64,000 nt of DNA, from assembly GCA_022823865.1 (NCBI GenBank), contig JAJEHF010000065.1, forward strand, positions 72,304-136,303, read 5' to 3'. The DNA comes from Bryobacterales bacterium. Its GTDB lineage: Bacteria; Acidobacteriota; Terriglobia; Bryobacterales; UBA6623. A model generated the notes under the pieces. That model worked only from the letters and a program-made list of their open reading frames with translations, was not told the origin of the DNA and searched no databases. Below are positions 1 through 8,550 of this stretch, in pieces (position 1 is the stretch's first letter; the number at the start of each line of letters is the position of its first letter). Both the position numbers and the translations under genes were made by a program.

Positions 1-180
1 GTCTGTCAACACCGTGTAGTTGTCGACATCGGTTCCGATCTCGTCCGCGCGATGCCAGAGCAGGTAGCCGCGGTCGACTTGGTCGTCGACCATCGAAACG
101 ACTTCGACGTCCGGCTGATCTTGGGCTGGCACCCACTCTGATAGAGCCAAGACCAGAACGAGGGCCGTCAATCGCTTCAT
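1..180 (-). CDS. Partial secreted hypothetical protein (runs off the window)
   Basis: ATG at 180, open to window edge; MKRLTALVLVLALSEWWVPAQDQPDVEVV looks like a signal peptide; TAGCCT 6 nt upstream. Confidence 0.6.
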   Translation of the reverse strand, partial: MKRLTALVLVLALSEWVPAQDQPDVEVVSMVDDQVDRGYLLWHRADEIGTDVDNYTVLTD

Positions 181-403
181 AAACCTAGGCTATAGCGCAC
201 GCCTGGACGGGACCGGCCAATACGACCGGCGAGCGGCTCTGGATGGCCGGAAGGATGATCCAATAGCCGGCGTCCTGGACCGGCTTATCCACGCCTTCGG
301 CGAGATCACCGAACGCCATGTCCGCTCTAGGCTTCTCCATGGCGGTTGCGAAGGTCGCCTCAACGCCGCCCGCCCGAATTTCGGCTAAGACCGGCTCGGG
401 CGG

Positions 404-1342
404 TCACCCCTTCCTCGGGGGCTTCGGGTCAAGGTTCCGGCCTATCTCGTCATCGGTGACGGTGGAAGATCCGATCCCCAGCCGCGGCACGTTGAGCCCG
501 GCCAGCCAGTAGATTGCGTTCATCACGACCTTGCGGTACTCGTCGTTCTGCCAATTGCGGTGGAAGTGGCCGCCGGTAAAGCCGAACCCGCGCCCGCCGT
601 CCGGGCGCTCGAGCGTCCACAGCATGGCCTCGTCACGCCCCTTGGCGGCCTGAATGTGCGGGTAGGGCCCCTTGGGGTGCACGTACGGGCCGTCGCGGGT
701 CTCGTCGCTGGGCTTGGCCACCAAGACGGGAGTGAACGTGGACCCGTCGATCTGTTTCGGCCCGGAGGCGTCAAAGCCCTCGCGGAAGCGCATGTTGAAG
801 TACCACTCGTCCTCCGCGGAGAACGGCTTGACTCCGTTCGCGACCGGGTGGTCCGGGAAGCGCTCGAACGATGGCGTCCAGATCGGGTTGCACGACCACT
901 CGTGCTCGTAGTAGCCTCCCAGCCAATCCGTGAATTCCTTGCCGGCATCGTCGCGGAGCACCTCGACGCCGTAGTGCATGCAGCCCAGCCCGGCGCCGCG
1001 CGCGATCTGCCGCCCGATGGTCGCCTGCCTTCCCTTGTCGGCCAGCGGATGCTTGCGCCCGCCATCGGAATAGATCACGATCGCGGCGGCGTCCTCGAAG
1101 GTCGATTCGTCGGTCACCCAGCCGTTGTCGTGCCGCTCCACGGAAAGGCCCGGCACTTGTGCCAGGCGCTTTTCGAGCAACAGGCTGCCGGCCCTGAACT
1201 CGTGCATACCCGGCGGATGGCTGGGGCTGCCGGCGATCAGCACCAGCTTGCGCGTATCGCCGGGAGCAGCGACGACCCTTCGCGCAGTCGCGGGGATCGC
1301 CGCGCTCGCCGTGAGCAGGCGGAGAAATTCGGAGCGAGTCAT
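404..1342 (-). CDS. ThuA-domain (trehalose utilisation/GATase-like) protein, exported
   Basis: LIAGSPSHPPGMHEF, DEWYFNM, GGRGFGFTGGHFH motifs; likely start MTRSEFLRLL (Tat-like). Confidence 0.8.
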   Translation of the reverse strand: MTRSEFLRLLTASAAIPATARRVVAAPGDTRKLVLIAGSPSHPPGMHEFRAGSLLLEKRLAQVPGLSVERHDNGWVTDESTFEDAAAIVIYSDGGRKHPLADKGRQATIGRQIARGAGLGCMHYGVEVLRDDAGKEFTDWLGGYYEHEWSCNPIWTPSFERFPDHPVANGVKPFSAEDEWYFNMRFREGFDASGPKQIDGSTFTPVLVAKPSDETRDGPYVHPKGPYPHIQAAKGRDEAMLWTLERPDGGRGFGFTGGHFHRNWQNDEYRKVVMNAIYWLAGLNVPRLGIGSSTVTDDEIGRNLDPKPPRKG

Positions 1343-1383
1343 ACACTGAATCTTAACCCGACACAGGTACGTACAATGGGCTT

Positions 1384-2340
1384 TTGGCACAGCCAGGCGA
1401 TCTCCGCGTCCTGTCCCTGATCGCGAGCGCGACCGAGATCGTCTGCGCGCTGGGGTTGCGCGACCGGCTGGTGGGGCGGTCGCACGAGTGCGACTATCCT
1501 CCCGACGTGGGGAACCTGCCCCAAGCCACGCAGCCGCGCTTCGACGTGCACGCTTCCAGCCAGGAGATCGACAGCCAGGTCAAGGCCCTGGCCAGCGAGG
1601 CGCGCGCCCTCGACGCGCTGGGCGTCTACGACATGCAGCCAGGGGCGCTGCGCGCGACCCGGCCAACCCACATCGTCACGCAAAGCCAGTGCGATGTCTG
1701 CGCTGTCAGCTTGCGCGATGTAGAAAGGGCAGTTGCCCGCGAGGCCGGGTGCAGCGCCGAGATCGTGTCCTTGCAACCCAATTCCCTGGCCGATATTTGG
1801 GACGACTTCCGACGAGTGGGAGACGCACTGGGGCATCGCTCCGCGGGAGCCCGGTTGGTGTCGGACACCAAGAGCCGCATCGATGCAGTCGGCGAGGCTG
1901 CCCGCGACCTGCCGTCGAATCCCACCGTGGCAGCGATCGAATGGGTCGACCCGCTGATGGCCGCGGGCAACTGGATGCCGGAACTGATCGAAATCGCCGG
2001 AGGCAGCTGCCTGTTCGGCAGCGCAGGCCAGCACTCTCCTTGGATCAGCTTTGAGGATGTGCTGCAAGCCGACCCCGACGTGATCGTGCTGAGCCCGTGC
2101 GGCTTCGACATCGAGCGCACGCTGGCGGACGTGCCGATCCTGCAAGCCGAGCCTCGCTGGTCCCGTCTCAACGCGGTCCGGCGAGAGCAGGTCTTCGTCG
2201 CCGACGGCAACCAGTTCTTCAACCGCCCCGGACCCCGGCTGGCCGAATCCGTCGAGATCCTGGCCGAGATCCTTCACCCGGAACGATTCGACTTCGGGCA
2301 CAAGGGCGAGGCTTGGGTAGCGGTGCCGCGGAGCGCCTGA
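1384..2340 (+). CDS. Cobalamin/Fe-siderophore substrate-binding protein (BtuF-like)
   Basis: RVLSLIASATEIVCALG, VGRSHECDYP, DGNQFFNRPGPRL. Confidence 0.85.
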   Translation: MAQPGDLRVLSLIASATEIVCALGLRDRLVGRSHECDYPPDVGNLPQATQPRFDVHASSQEIDSQVKALASEARALDALGVYDMQPGALRATRPTHIVTQSQCDVCAVSLRDVERAVAREAGCSAEIVSLQPNSLADIWDDFRRVGDALGHRSAGARLVSDTKSRIDAVGEAARDLPSNPTVAAIEWVDPLMAAGNWMPELIEIAGGSCLFGSAGQHSPWISFEDVLQADPDVIVLSPCGFDIERTLADVPILQAEPRWSRLNAVRREQVFVADGNQFFNRPGPRLAESVEILAEILHPERFDFGHKGEAWVAVPRSA

Positions 2341-2359
2341 ACGTCCAGCGCCGGCACCC

Positions 2360-3520
2360 TTACAGGCGCACGCCCATGTTGCGGCCGCGCAGCGTCACTG
2401 TAAGCTCAAGCTCCGCGTCCCCGCGCAAGACCCGCAGGGCCACCCGGTCCCCGGCCAGCTTGAGCGAGAGCGCCTGCTGCATCGAGGTCTTGTCCGTGAC
2501 CGCCGCGCCGTCGACCTCAATGATCACGTCCCCGCCCCATGGCACGCGGTAGTTGCCGACGATGATGTCCCGGCTCGCCCCGCGCAGGCCCGCCTCGGCA
2601 GCCGCAGAACCCTTGGCGACGTCCGTGACGAGATACCCGGTCGTGGGAAGGCGCAGCGCGCGCGACCAGCGCCGCGTCAGGAAGAAGCCCTCTACCCCCA
2701 TGTCTTGCGGCGGCTGCGCCCCGCCCTTGACAAAACGCAACAGCGCCTTGGCGCGGTTGATCGGCATGGCGAAGCCGATGCCGATGTTGCCGCTGGGGCC
2801 GTAGATGGCCGTGTTCACCCCGATCACGTTGCCGCTGGAATCCAGCAGCGGCCCGCCGCTGTTGCCGGGATTGATGGCCGCGTCGGTCTGGAAGAGATCT
2901 TTCAGCACCCCGCTGCGATCCTGGATGGAGCGTCCGGTCGAACTGATCACCCCCGTGGTCAGGGTGCCTTCCAGGCCGAACGGGTTGCCGATCGCCAGCA
3001 CCTTCTGGCCCACCTTGACCCCGTCGGAGTCGCCGAGCGCGAGAAACGGCATCGGGGCTTCGGGGCGAATCTGGATCAGCGCCAGGTCATTGGCCGGATC
3101 CGTGGCCAGCACGGTGGCCTTGTAGCGGTTGCCGTCGTCGTCCTCGGTCAGCGGGCTGACCTCCAGCTCGGCGCTGCCCTGAATGACGTGGAAATTGGTG
3201 AGGATGCGCCCCTCCGCATCGATCAAGAATCCGGATCCGGTCGATTCGCTGGGATAGACTTCCAAGAACCAATTGCGCTGCAACACCGTGCTGGTGATAT
3301 GCACCGTCGCCGGACTCGCCCGGTTGTAGATCTCGATGTTCGAGAGCTCGTCGGCGTTGAGCGTCGAATCCGCCTCGGTCCAAAACGGCTCGTCGAACAC
3401 GACCGGGGCCACCCTGCCGAGCTGAACCGGCCAGGTGGACCAGAGCAGGAGCGCGAACACGACCAAGGCGCCGCAGAAGATTGCGCGCACAGCGCCCCTA
3501 GCTGGTCTGGACATCTGCAT
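2360..3520 (-). CDS. HtrA/DegP-family (S1C) serine protease with N-terminal TM and one PDZ domain
   Basis: Triad motifs TNFHV, NDLALI, QTDAAINPGNSGGPL; C-terminal PDZ. Confidence 0.93.
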   Translation of the reverse strand: MQMSRPARGAVRAIFCGALVVFALLLWSTWPVQLGRVAPVVFDEPFWTEADSTLNADELSNIEIYNRASPATVHITSTVLQRNWFLEVYPSESTGSGFLIDAEGRILTNFHVIQGSAELEVSPLTEDDDGNRYKATVLATDPANDLALIQIRPEAPMPFLALGDSDGVKVGQKVLAIGNPFGLEGTLTTGVISSTGRSIQDRSGVLKDLFQTDAAINPGNSGGPLLDSSGNVIGVNTAIYGPSGNIGIGFAMPINRAKALLRFVKGGAQPPQDMGVEGFFLTRRWSRALRLPTTGYLVTDVAKGSAAAEAGLRGASRDIIVGNYRVPWGGDVIIEVDGAAVTDKTSMQQALSLKLAGDRVALRVLRGDAELELTVTLRGRNMGVRL

Positions 3521-4136
3521 GCGCCCCCTTCTTCTCGGCCTCGCTGCGCAGCTGGCGGTAGACCTCGCGGACTTGCTCCAACGTGCGGGCTTCGCTGCTG
3601 CCCGTGTCGATCACGTAGTCAGCGTACTTGCGCTTCTCGTCCAGCGGCATCTGCCGGCCGAGCCTCGCTTCGGCCTCGGCGCGAGTGGAGCCTTCGCGCC
3701 GCACGAAACGATCGATCTGAGCCTCGCGCGGGCAGGCCGCCAGGACCAAGCGATCATAGCGGCGGTAGCTGCCGGTCTCGACCATGATCGCCGCTTCCAC
3801 CAGAGCGACCGCGTCCGGGTCGCGCTGCGCGGTCTGCCGGAAAAAGTCTTCCACGCGCTCGAAGACACGCGGGTGCACGATCGCGTTGAGGCGCTGCAGG
3901 TCGTCCTCGCTTGCGAACACGACCCTGGCCAACGCCTTGCGGTCGATTGCGCCGTCCGCCTGCAGCACTTGCCCGCCGAAGGCGGCGGTCACCTCCCCGA
4001 GCACGGCCGCGTCTTCCGCCAAGATCGCATGCCCGAGCCGGTCCGCCTGCAAGACGACGCAGCCGAGACGCTCGAACTCGCTAGCGGCGAAGCTCTTGCC
4101 GCTAGCGAGGCCGCCCGTCAAGCCGACTCTCAGCAT
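3498..4136 (-). CDS. coaE: Dephospho-CoA kinase
   Basis: VGLTGGLASGKS P-loop, IDRKALARVVF, LNAIVHP, ADYVID. Confidence 0.95.
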   Translation of the reverse strand: MLRVGLTGGLASGKSFAASEFERLGCVVLQADRLGHAILAEDAAVLGEVTAAFGGQVLQADGAIDRKALARVVFASEDDLQRLNAIVHPRVFERVEDFFRQTAQRDPDAVALVEAAIMVETGSYRRYDRLVLAACPREAQIDRFVRREGSTRAEAEARLGRQMPLDEKRKYADYVIDTGSSEARTLEQVREVYRQLRSEAEKKGAHADVQTS

Positions 4137-4162
4137 CGGTGCGGCGAGACAGCCTTACAGAG

Positions 4163-4236
4163 TGGCTGGCCGGGGAGGATTCGAACCTCCACAACGGGCT
4201 CCAAAGGCACGTGTCCTACCGTTAGACGACCGGCCA
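4163..4236 (-). tRNA. tRNA-Gln(UUG)
   Basis: Reverse complement TGGCCGG...CTTTGGA anticodon loop...GGTTCGAATCC...CCGGCCA-G-CCA cloverleaf. Confidence 0.93.
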
Positions 4237-4304
4237 TCGGCTCGTTCGGTTAGCTTAGCACGCCTAGTTGCGGCCAGCCTCCCAGCAGCCGCAGAGCGTA
4301 CCCC

Positions 4305-5714
4305 CTACTGGTAGCCTTCGGTGACGACAGGCAAGCCGCTGAGCAGAATCTCCTCGCCGGCCTGCAGTCCCGCTCCGATTAAGGCCTCGGTGTCGCTGAC
4401 ATCCTGCACGCGGACCTCGCGGCGCAGAAACTGGCCGTCGCGGTGGACGTAGACGATGCTCGATCCTTGGCCGTCCGCGCTCCGGAGTGCCTCGCGCGGC
4501 ACAAGCACTCCCTTCGGGGAATTCGACGCCCGGATGTCGACGCTGGCTGACAAGTCCGGCAGGATGCGCTCATCATGATCCTCTATCAGGATGCGCATGG
4601 GGATGTGCTTGATGAACGCGCCGGTCTGGCCCCGGCTAAACCTCGAGCCGCCCGATGAGGAGCTCGCCATCGCACCCAAGTTCACGACCCGTCCCCGGAA
4701 CCGCTCGCCCGGATACGCGTCGAGTTCGACCACCGCCTCGTCGCCGATGCGGATGGACTGCGCATCCACCTGATTGACCGACGCACCGACGACCATCTGC
4801 GACACGTCTACGATGCGCATGAAGAGCGCCCCGGGATAGATCTGGTCGCCCTCGTTGGCTTGGGAGAACTGGCCGCCCCGGCCGAACAGCGTCTCGTGGA
4901 CGATCATGCCCGGGATCGGAGCCTTGACTTGAAGCCGATTAAGGTCGCGCACGTGACGGCCCACGTGCAACTCTTCTTCGCGCACAACCAGTTCCTGACC
5001 GCGAATGCTTGCGTCGTGGACAACTTCCTTGATCCTGGCCTCTTCTTCGAGCTGGTCCCAAGTGGCGCGAGCCTCCTCCGAAACGTTTTTCAGCACCTCG
5101 GCCTCGATCTGAGAGCGTACCTCCGCAGTCTTCAGATCCAATAGCGCCTTCTGGTATTCGGCCTTGGCGGTCACCCGCGCCTGGCGTTCGGTCTCTTTGA
5201 GAATCTGAACGTCGGCGATGTGTTTCTTGAAGTTCGACTGCTCCAGGGCCACGTCTGACTCGACATCCGCGATATGATCCTCGAGCCACCTCAGCTCGAA
5301 TTCCGCCACGACAGCCCCTGCCTTGACGATGCTGCCAGCAGGCGCAAGGGACATGATGGTCAGGTCGGCTCTGCCGGCATCGCGCGGGCCGCGCATCTGG
5401 GGCACGCGAATCGCAGCGAAGTTCAGTGTTTCGATTGTCCCGCCGACGCGCAAGGACTTCAGCAGTTCCCCGCCGGTGGCCACGGCCAGCCGGGCTTGGG
5501 AACCCGCGCCTGAACCTGAAGAGGTGTCCACACCGCGATTGGCCAGGGCCCACATCGCCAACGCAGTCACCAGCGAAGCGACCAAGCACAGGCCCGCGAT
5601 GAGCCCGACGCCGGGCTTGCGGGGCTGCCCGGGAGGACTGGGGGGCGCGACCGGCTGAGGACGCCGCTCGATCTCAGGAGCTTGTGGCAGTGGAGAAGGG
5701 TTGCTAGTAGACAT
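4305..5714 (-). CDS. Efflux periplasmic adaptor (HlyD/MFP family), paralogue A
   Basis: N-terminal TM, GSIVKAGAVV, coiled coil, VKAPIPG, ELDAYPGERFRGRV, VLVPREAL, GLQAGEEI. Confidence 0.88.
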   Translation of the reverse strand: MSTSNPSPLPQAPEIERRPQPVAPPSPPGQPRKPGVGLIAGLCLVASLVTALAMWALANRGVDTSSGSGAGSQARLAVATGGELLKSLRVGGTIETLNFAAIRVPQMRGPRDAGRADLTIMSLAPAGSIVKAGAVVAEFELRWLEDHIADVESDVALEQSNFKKHIADVQILKETERQARVTAKAEYQKALLDLKTAEVRSQIEAEVLKNVSEEARATWDQLEEEARIKEVVHDASIRGQELVVREEELHVGRHVRDLNRLQVKAPIPGMIVHETLFGRGGQFSQANEGDQIYPGALFMRIVDVSQMVVGASVNQVDAQSIRIGDEAVVELDAYPGERFRGRVVNLGAMASSSSGGSRFSRGQTGAFIKHIPMRILIEDHDERILPDLSASVDIRASNSPKGVLVPREALRSADGQGSSIVYVHRDGQFLRREVRVQDVSDTEALIGAGLQAGEEILLSGLPVVTEGYQ

Positions 5715-5812
5715 GCTCGCTCGTCCGTCGCGGCCCAGCCGACGGTGCATTTTGGGCCATGTTGATTATACGCCCTGCGGTGGTTCGCTGCTACCGGCGA
5801 GGCGCCCCCCTT

Positions 5813-7222
5813 TTAGTAGTGGCCTTCCGTGCTGGCAGGCAAGCCGCCGAGCAGAATCTCCTCGCCAGCCCGCAGGCCCGTTTCGATCAAGGCCTCGGTG
5901 TCGCTGACATCATGCACGCGAACCTCGCGGAGGAGGAATTCGCCGTCCCTGTGAACGTAGACGAAACTCGCTGATTCCCCGTCCGCGCTCCTGAGCGCCT
6001 CCCGCGGCACCACCACTCCCTTCAGGCGATCGGATGCGCGCACGTCAACGCTGGCCGACAGATCCGGCAGGATGCGCTCGTCGCGATCCTCGATCAGGAT
6101 GCTCATGGGGATGTGCTTGATGAATGCGCCGGGCTTGCCCCGGCTAAACTTCGAGCCGCCCGATCCGGAACTCGCCATCGCACCGATGCTCACGACCCGC
6201 CCCCTGAACTGCTCGCCCGGATACGCGTCCAGTTCGATCACCGCCTCGTCGCCGATGCGGATGTACTGCGCATCCACCTGATTGACCGATGCACTGACGA
6301 CCATCTGCGACACGTCGACGATGCGCATGAAGAGCGCCCCGGGATAGATCTGGTCGCCTTCCTTGGCCTGGGAGAACTGCCCGCTCTTGTTAAACAGCGA
6401 CTCGTGCACGATCATGCCCGGGAGCGGAGCCTTGACCTGAAGCCGCTCCAGATCGCGCACGTGGCGGTCTACGTGCAGCTCCTCTTCGCGCACGATCAGT
6501 TCCTCGCCCCGAATGTCTGCGCCGTGGACAGCCTGCTTGATCCTGCCCTCGTCTTCGAGTTGGCCCCAAGTGGCGAGAGCCTCCTCGGAAACGTTCTTGA
6601 GCACTTCGGCCTCGATCTTAGAGCGCACCTCCGCGGTCCTAAGGTCCAAGAGCGCCTTCTCGTATTCCGCCCTAGCGGTCACCCGCGCCTGGCGCTCGGT
6701 CTCCTTGAGTATCTGCACGTCGGCGATGCGTTTCTTGAGATTCGACTGGGCCCTGTTCACGATTGACTCGCGATCCTCGATGTGATCCACGAGCCACTTC
6801 AGCTCGAATTCCGCCACGACAGCCCCTGCCTTGACGATGCTGCCAGCGGGCGTAAGGGACATGATCGTCAGGTCGGCCCTGCCGGAATCGCGCGGGCCGC
6901 GCAGCTGGGGCACGCGAATCGCGGCGTAGTTCAGCGTTTCAATCGTTCCGCCGACGCGCAAGGACTTCAGCAGTTCCCTTTCGGTAGCCACGGCCAGACG
7001 GGCCTGGACACTAGCACCTGAGCCCGACGAGGTGTCCACGCCGCGATTGGCAAGGGCCCACATCGCCAATGCGGTCACCAGCGATGCTACCAAGCACAGG
7101 CCAACAATGAGCCCGGTGCTGGGCCTGCGGGGCTGGCCCGGGGTGCCGGCGGGTGCGACCAACTGTGGGCGTGCCTCGATTTCAGGCGCTTGCGGCAGCG
7201 GCGACGGATTGATAGCAGACAT
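5813..7222 (-). CDS. Efflux periplasmic adaptor (HlyD/MFP family), paralogue B
   Basis: Collinear and highly similar to 4305..5714, same motifs. Confidence 0.88.
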   Translation of the reverse strand: MSAINPSPLPQAPEIEARPQLVAPAGTPGQPRRPSTGLIVGLCLVASLVTALAMWALANRGVDTSSGSGASVQARLAVATERELLKSLRVGGTIETLNYAAIRVPQLRGPRDSGRADLTIMSLTPAGSIVKAGAVVAEFELKWLVDHIEDRESIVNRAQSNLKKRIADVQILKETERQARVTARAEYEKALLDLRTAEVRSKIEAEVLKNVSEEALATWGQLEDEGRIKQAVHGADIRGEELIVREEELHVDRHVRDLERLQVKAPLPGMIVHESLFNKSGQFSQAKEGDQIYPGALFMRIVDVSQMVVSASVNQVDAQYIRIGDEAVIELDAYPGEQFRGRVVSIGAMASSGSGGSKFSRGKPGAFIKHIPMSILIEDRDERILPDLSASVDVRASDRLKGVVVPREALRSADGESASFVYVHRDGEFLLREVRVHDVSDTEALIETGLRAGEEILLGGLPASTEGHY

Positions 7223-7374
7223 GATCGCTCGTGTACCGGGCAAGGCCGACGGAGCGCTATAGGACATTGCGATTATAGGCCCTGCGGCGGCCTGCGGCCA
7301 CGCGCGCGGCATGAAGTGCCTCGGGCGGCATCATTTTCGGGGCTGAGCGGGCGGATTTTCGACTTAGTCGGGAC

Positions 7375-8265
7375 TCAAGCGCGCTCGCGGCCATCGAAGG
7401 ATAGGCGGTCGGCCTCGATCGCGTCCCGGTTGAGCAGCACGATGTGCTGATTTGCCGGCTCGCGCGTCACGGGGTCTCGGTCCAAGCCCAAGCGCTTCAT
7501 CGTGTAGTACAGGAAGGCGCGGCGGACGCGCAGCGTGACTATGCCATCCTGCATGCCGTAGTCGAGCGCGATCACCTCTTTCTGGGACTCGGACAGCCCC
7601 GGGTGGGGGCCGATATCCAAGGCGACGTGCTCGTGCCAGTCGCGATCCGTGTCGGGATCGTTGTCGGGCCGCCGCGTGGCCCGCGTGTCTATGACCCGCG
7701 CCAGCAGGAAATCCTTGTACAGGCGATCCCTGTCGCAGAATGCGCGGATGTGCCAGCGAAAGCCATCGAAACCGAGCGCATGCGGCGCGATCCAACGCCA
7801 CTCCGGCGTCGGCGCGCTGAGGGACTGGTACCTGATCTCGAGCGCCAGCTCTTCGCGCAACGCCTCCAAGACGGTCTGCAGTATGGCCGGATCGACGAGG
7901 CGCGACGGGGCCGGGGCCGCGTCGAACACGGGGTATTCCATGGCCCAAGACTCTTGCTTGGTCACGATGCCGTCGGATAGCGCGCGCAGCTGGTTCAAGT
8001 AGATGGAAGCGTCTAGCTTGAGGAACAGCGGCTTGAAGCTGTCGCTGCGCAGGTAACTCCTGGCGCTCTTGTCATAGATCATGTTCTCCGGTGCCAGTTT
8101 CAGGTACCGGTTCAGGTCGGTTGAGGCTTGGTTGACCGAGACCCCGAAGATCTTCATCAGGTCGCCGCGGTTCATCCTGCCTTCGAAATAGAGCCGAAAC
8201 TCAATGAATTCCAGCCGCTTCTCGACGCCCCATCGCAGGTTGGACTCTCTATTCGAACTGCGCAC
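7375..8265 (-). CDS. WYL-domain transcriptional regulator, CapW/BrxR-like
   Basis: N-terminal wHTH RLEFIEFRLYFEGRMNRGDL..FGVSVNQASTDL; WYL core YQSLS..RWIAPHALGFDGFRWHIRAFC..YKDFLLARV. Confidence 0.88.
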   Translation of the reverse strand: MRSSNRESNLRWGVEKRLEFIEFRLYFEGRMNRGDLMKIFGVSVNQASTDLNRYLKLAPENMIYDKSARSYLRSDSFKPLFLKLDASIYLNQLRALSDGIVTKQESWAMEYPVFDAAPAPSRLVDPAILQTVLEALREELALEIRYQSLSAPTPEWRWIAPHALGFDGFRWHIRAFCDRDRLYKDFLLARVIDTRATRRPDNDPDTDRDWHEHVALDIGPHPGLSESQKEVIALDYGMQDGIVTLRVRRAFLYYTMKRLGLDRDPVTREPANQHIVLLNRDAIEADRLSFDGRERA

Positions 8266-8373
8266 TTCGTTTCTCCCGTGTTCTAGCTGCCGCCGTTCGC
8301 TCGCGCTATCCTTCGGCGCGCCTGTAATCTAGCGCCCGAAGCCACAATGCCGCGCCTAGGGGCGCGGTTCGCA

Positions 8374-8400
8374 AACCACCCCTCTATTGTAAGGGTTGTT
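8374..8400. promoter_or_regulatory. Imperfect inverted repeat over a minus-strand -10 box; candidate WYL operator
   Basis: AACCACCCCT-ctattgt-AAGGGTTGTT (8/10 arm match); TACAAT on minus strand at 8386-8391. Confidence 0.5.
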
Positions 8401-8550
8401 ATGAAGAGTCTGCGGAGCCGTCGCGCAAGCTGCTCCGGGCTGCCCGGCTGGCGGCGGTACGCTCGTTTTTGCTTGATCTTCGCCCGGATCGACGCGCTGC
8501 CGAGGCCGCCAGAAGAGTCGATTCCGGCCTTCCGCTGGTACAATCGCACT

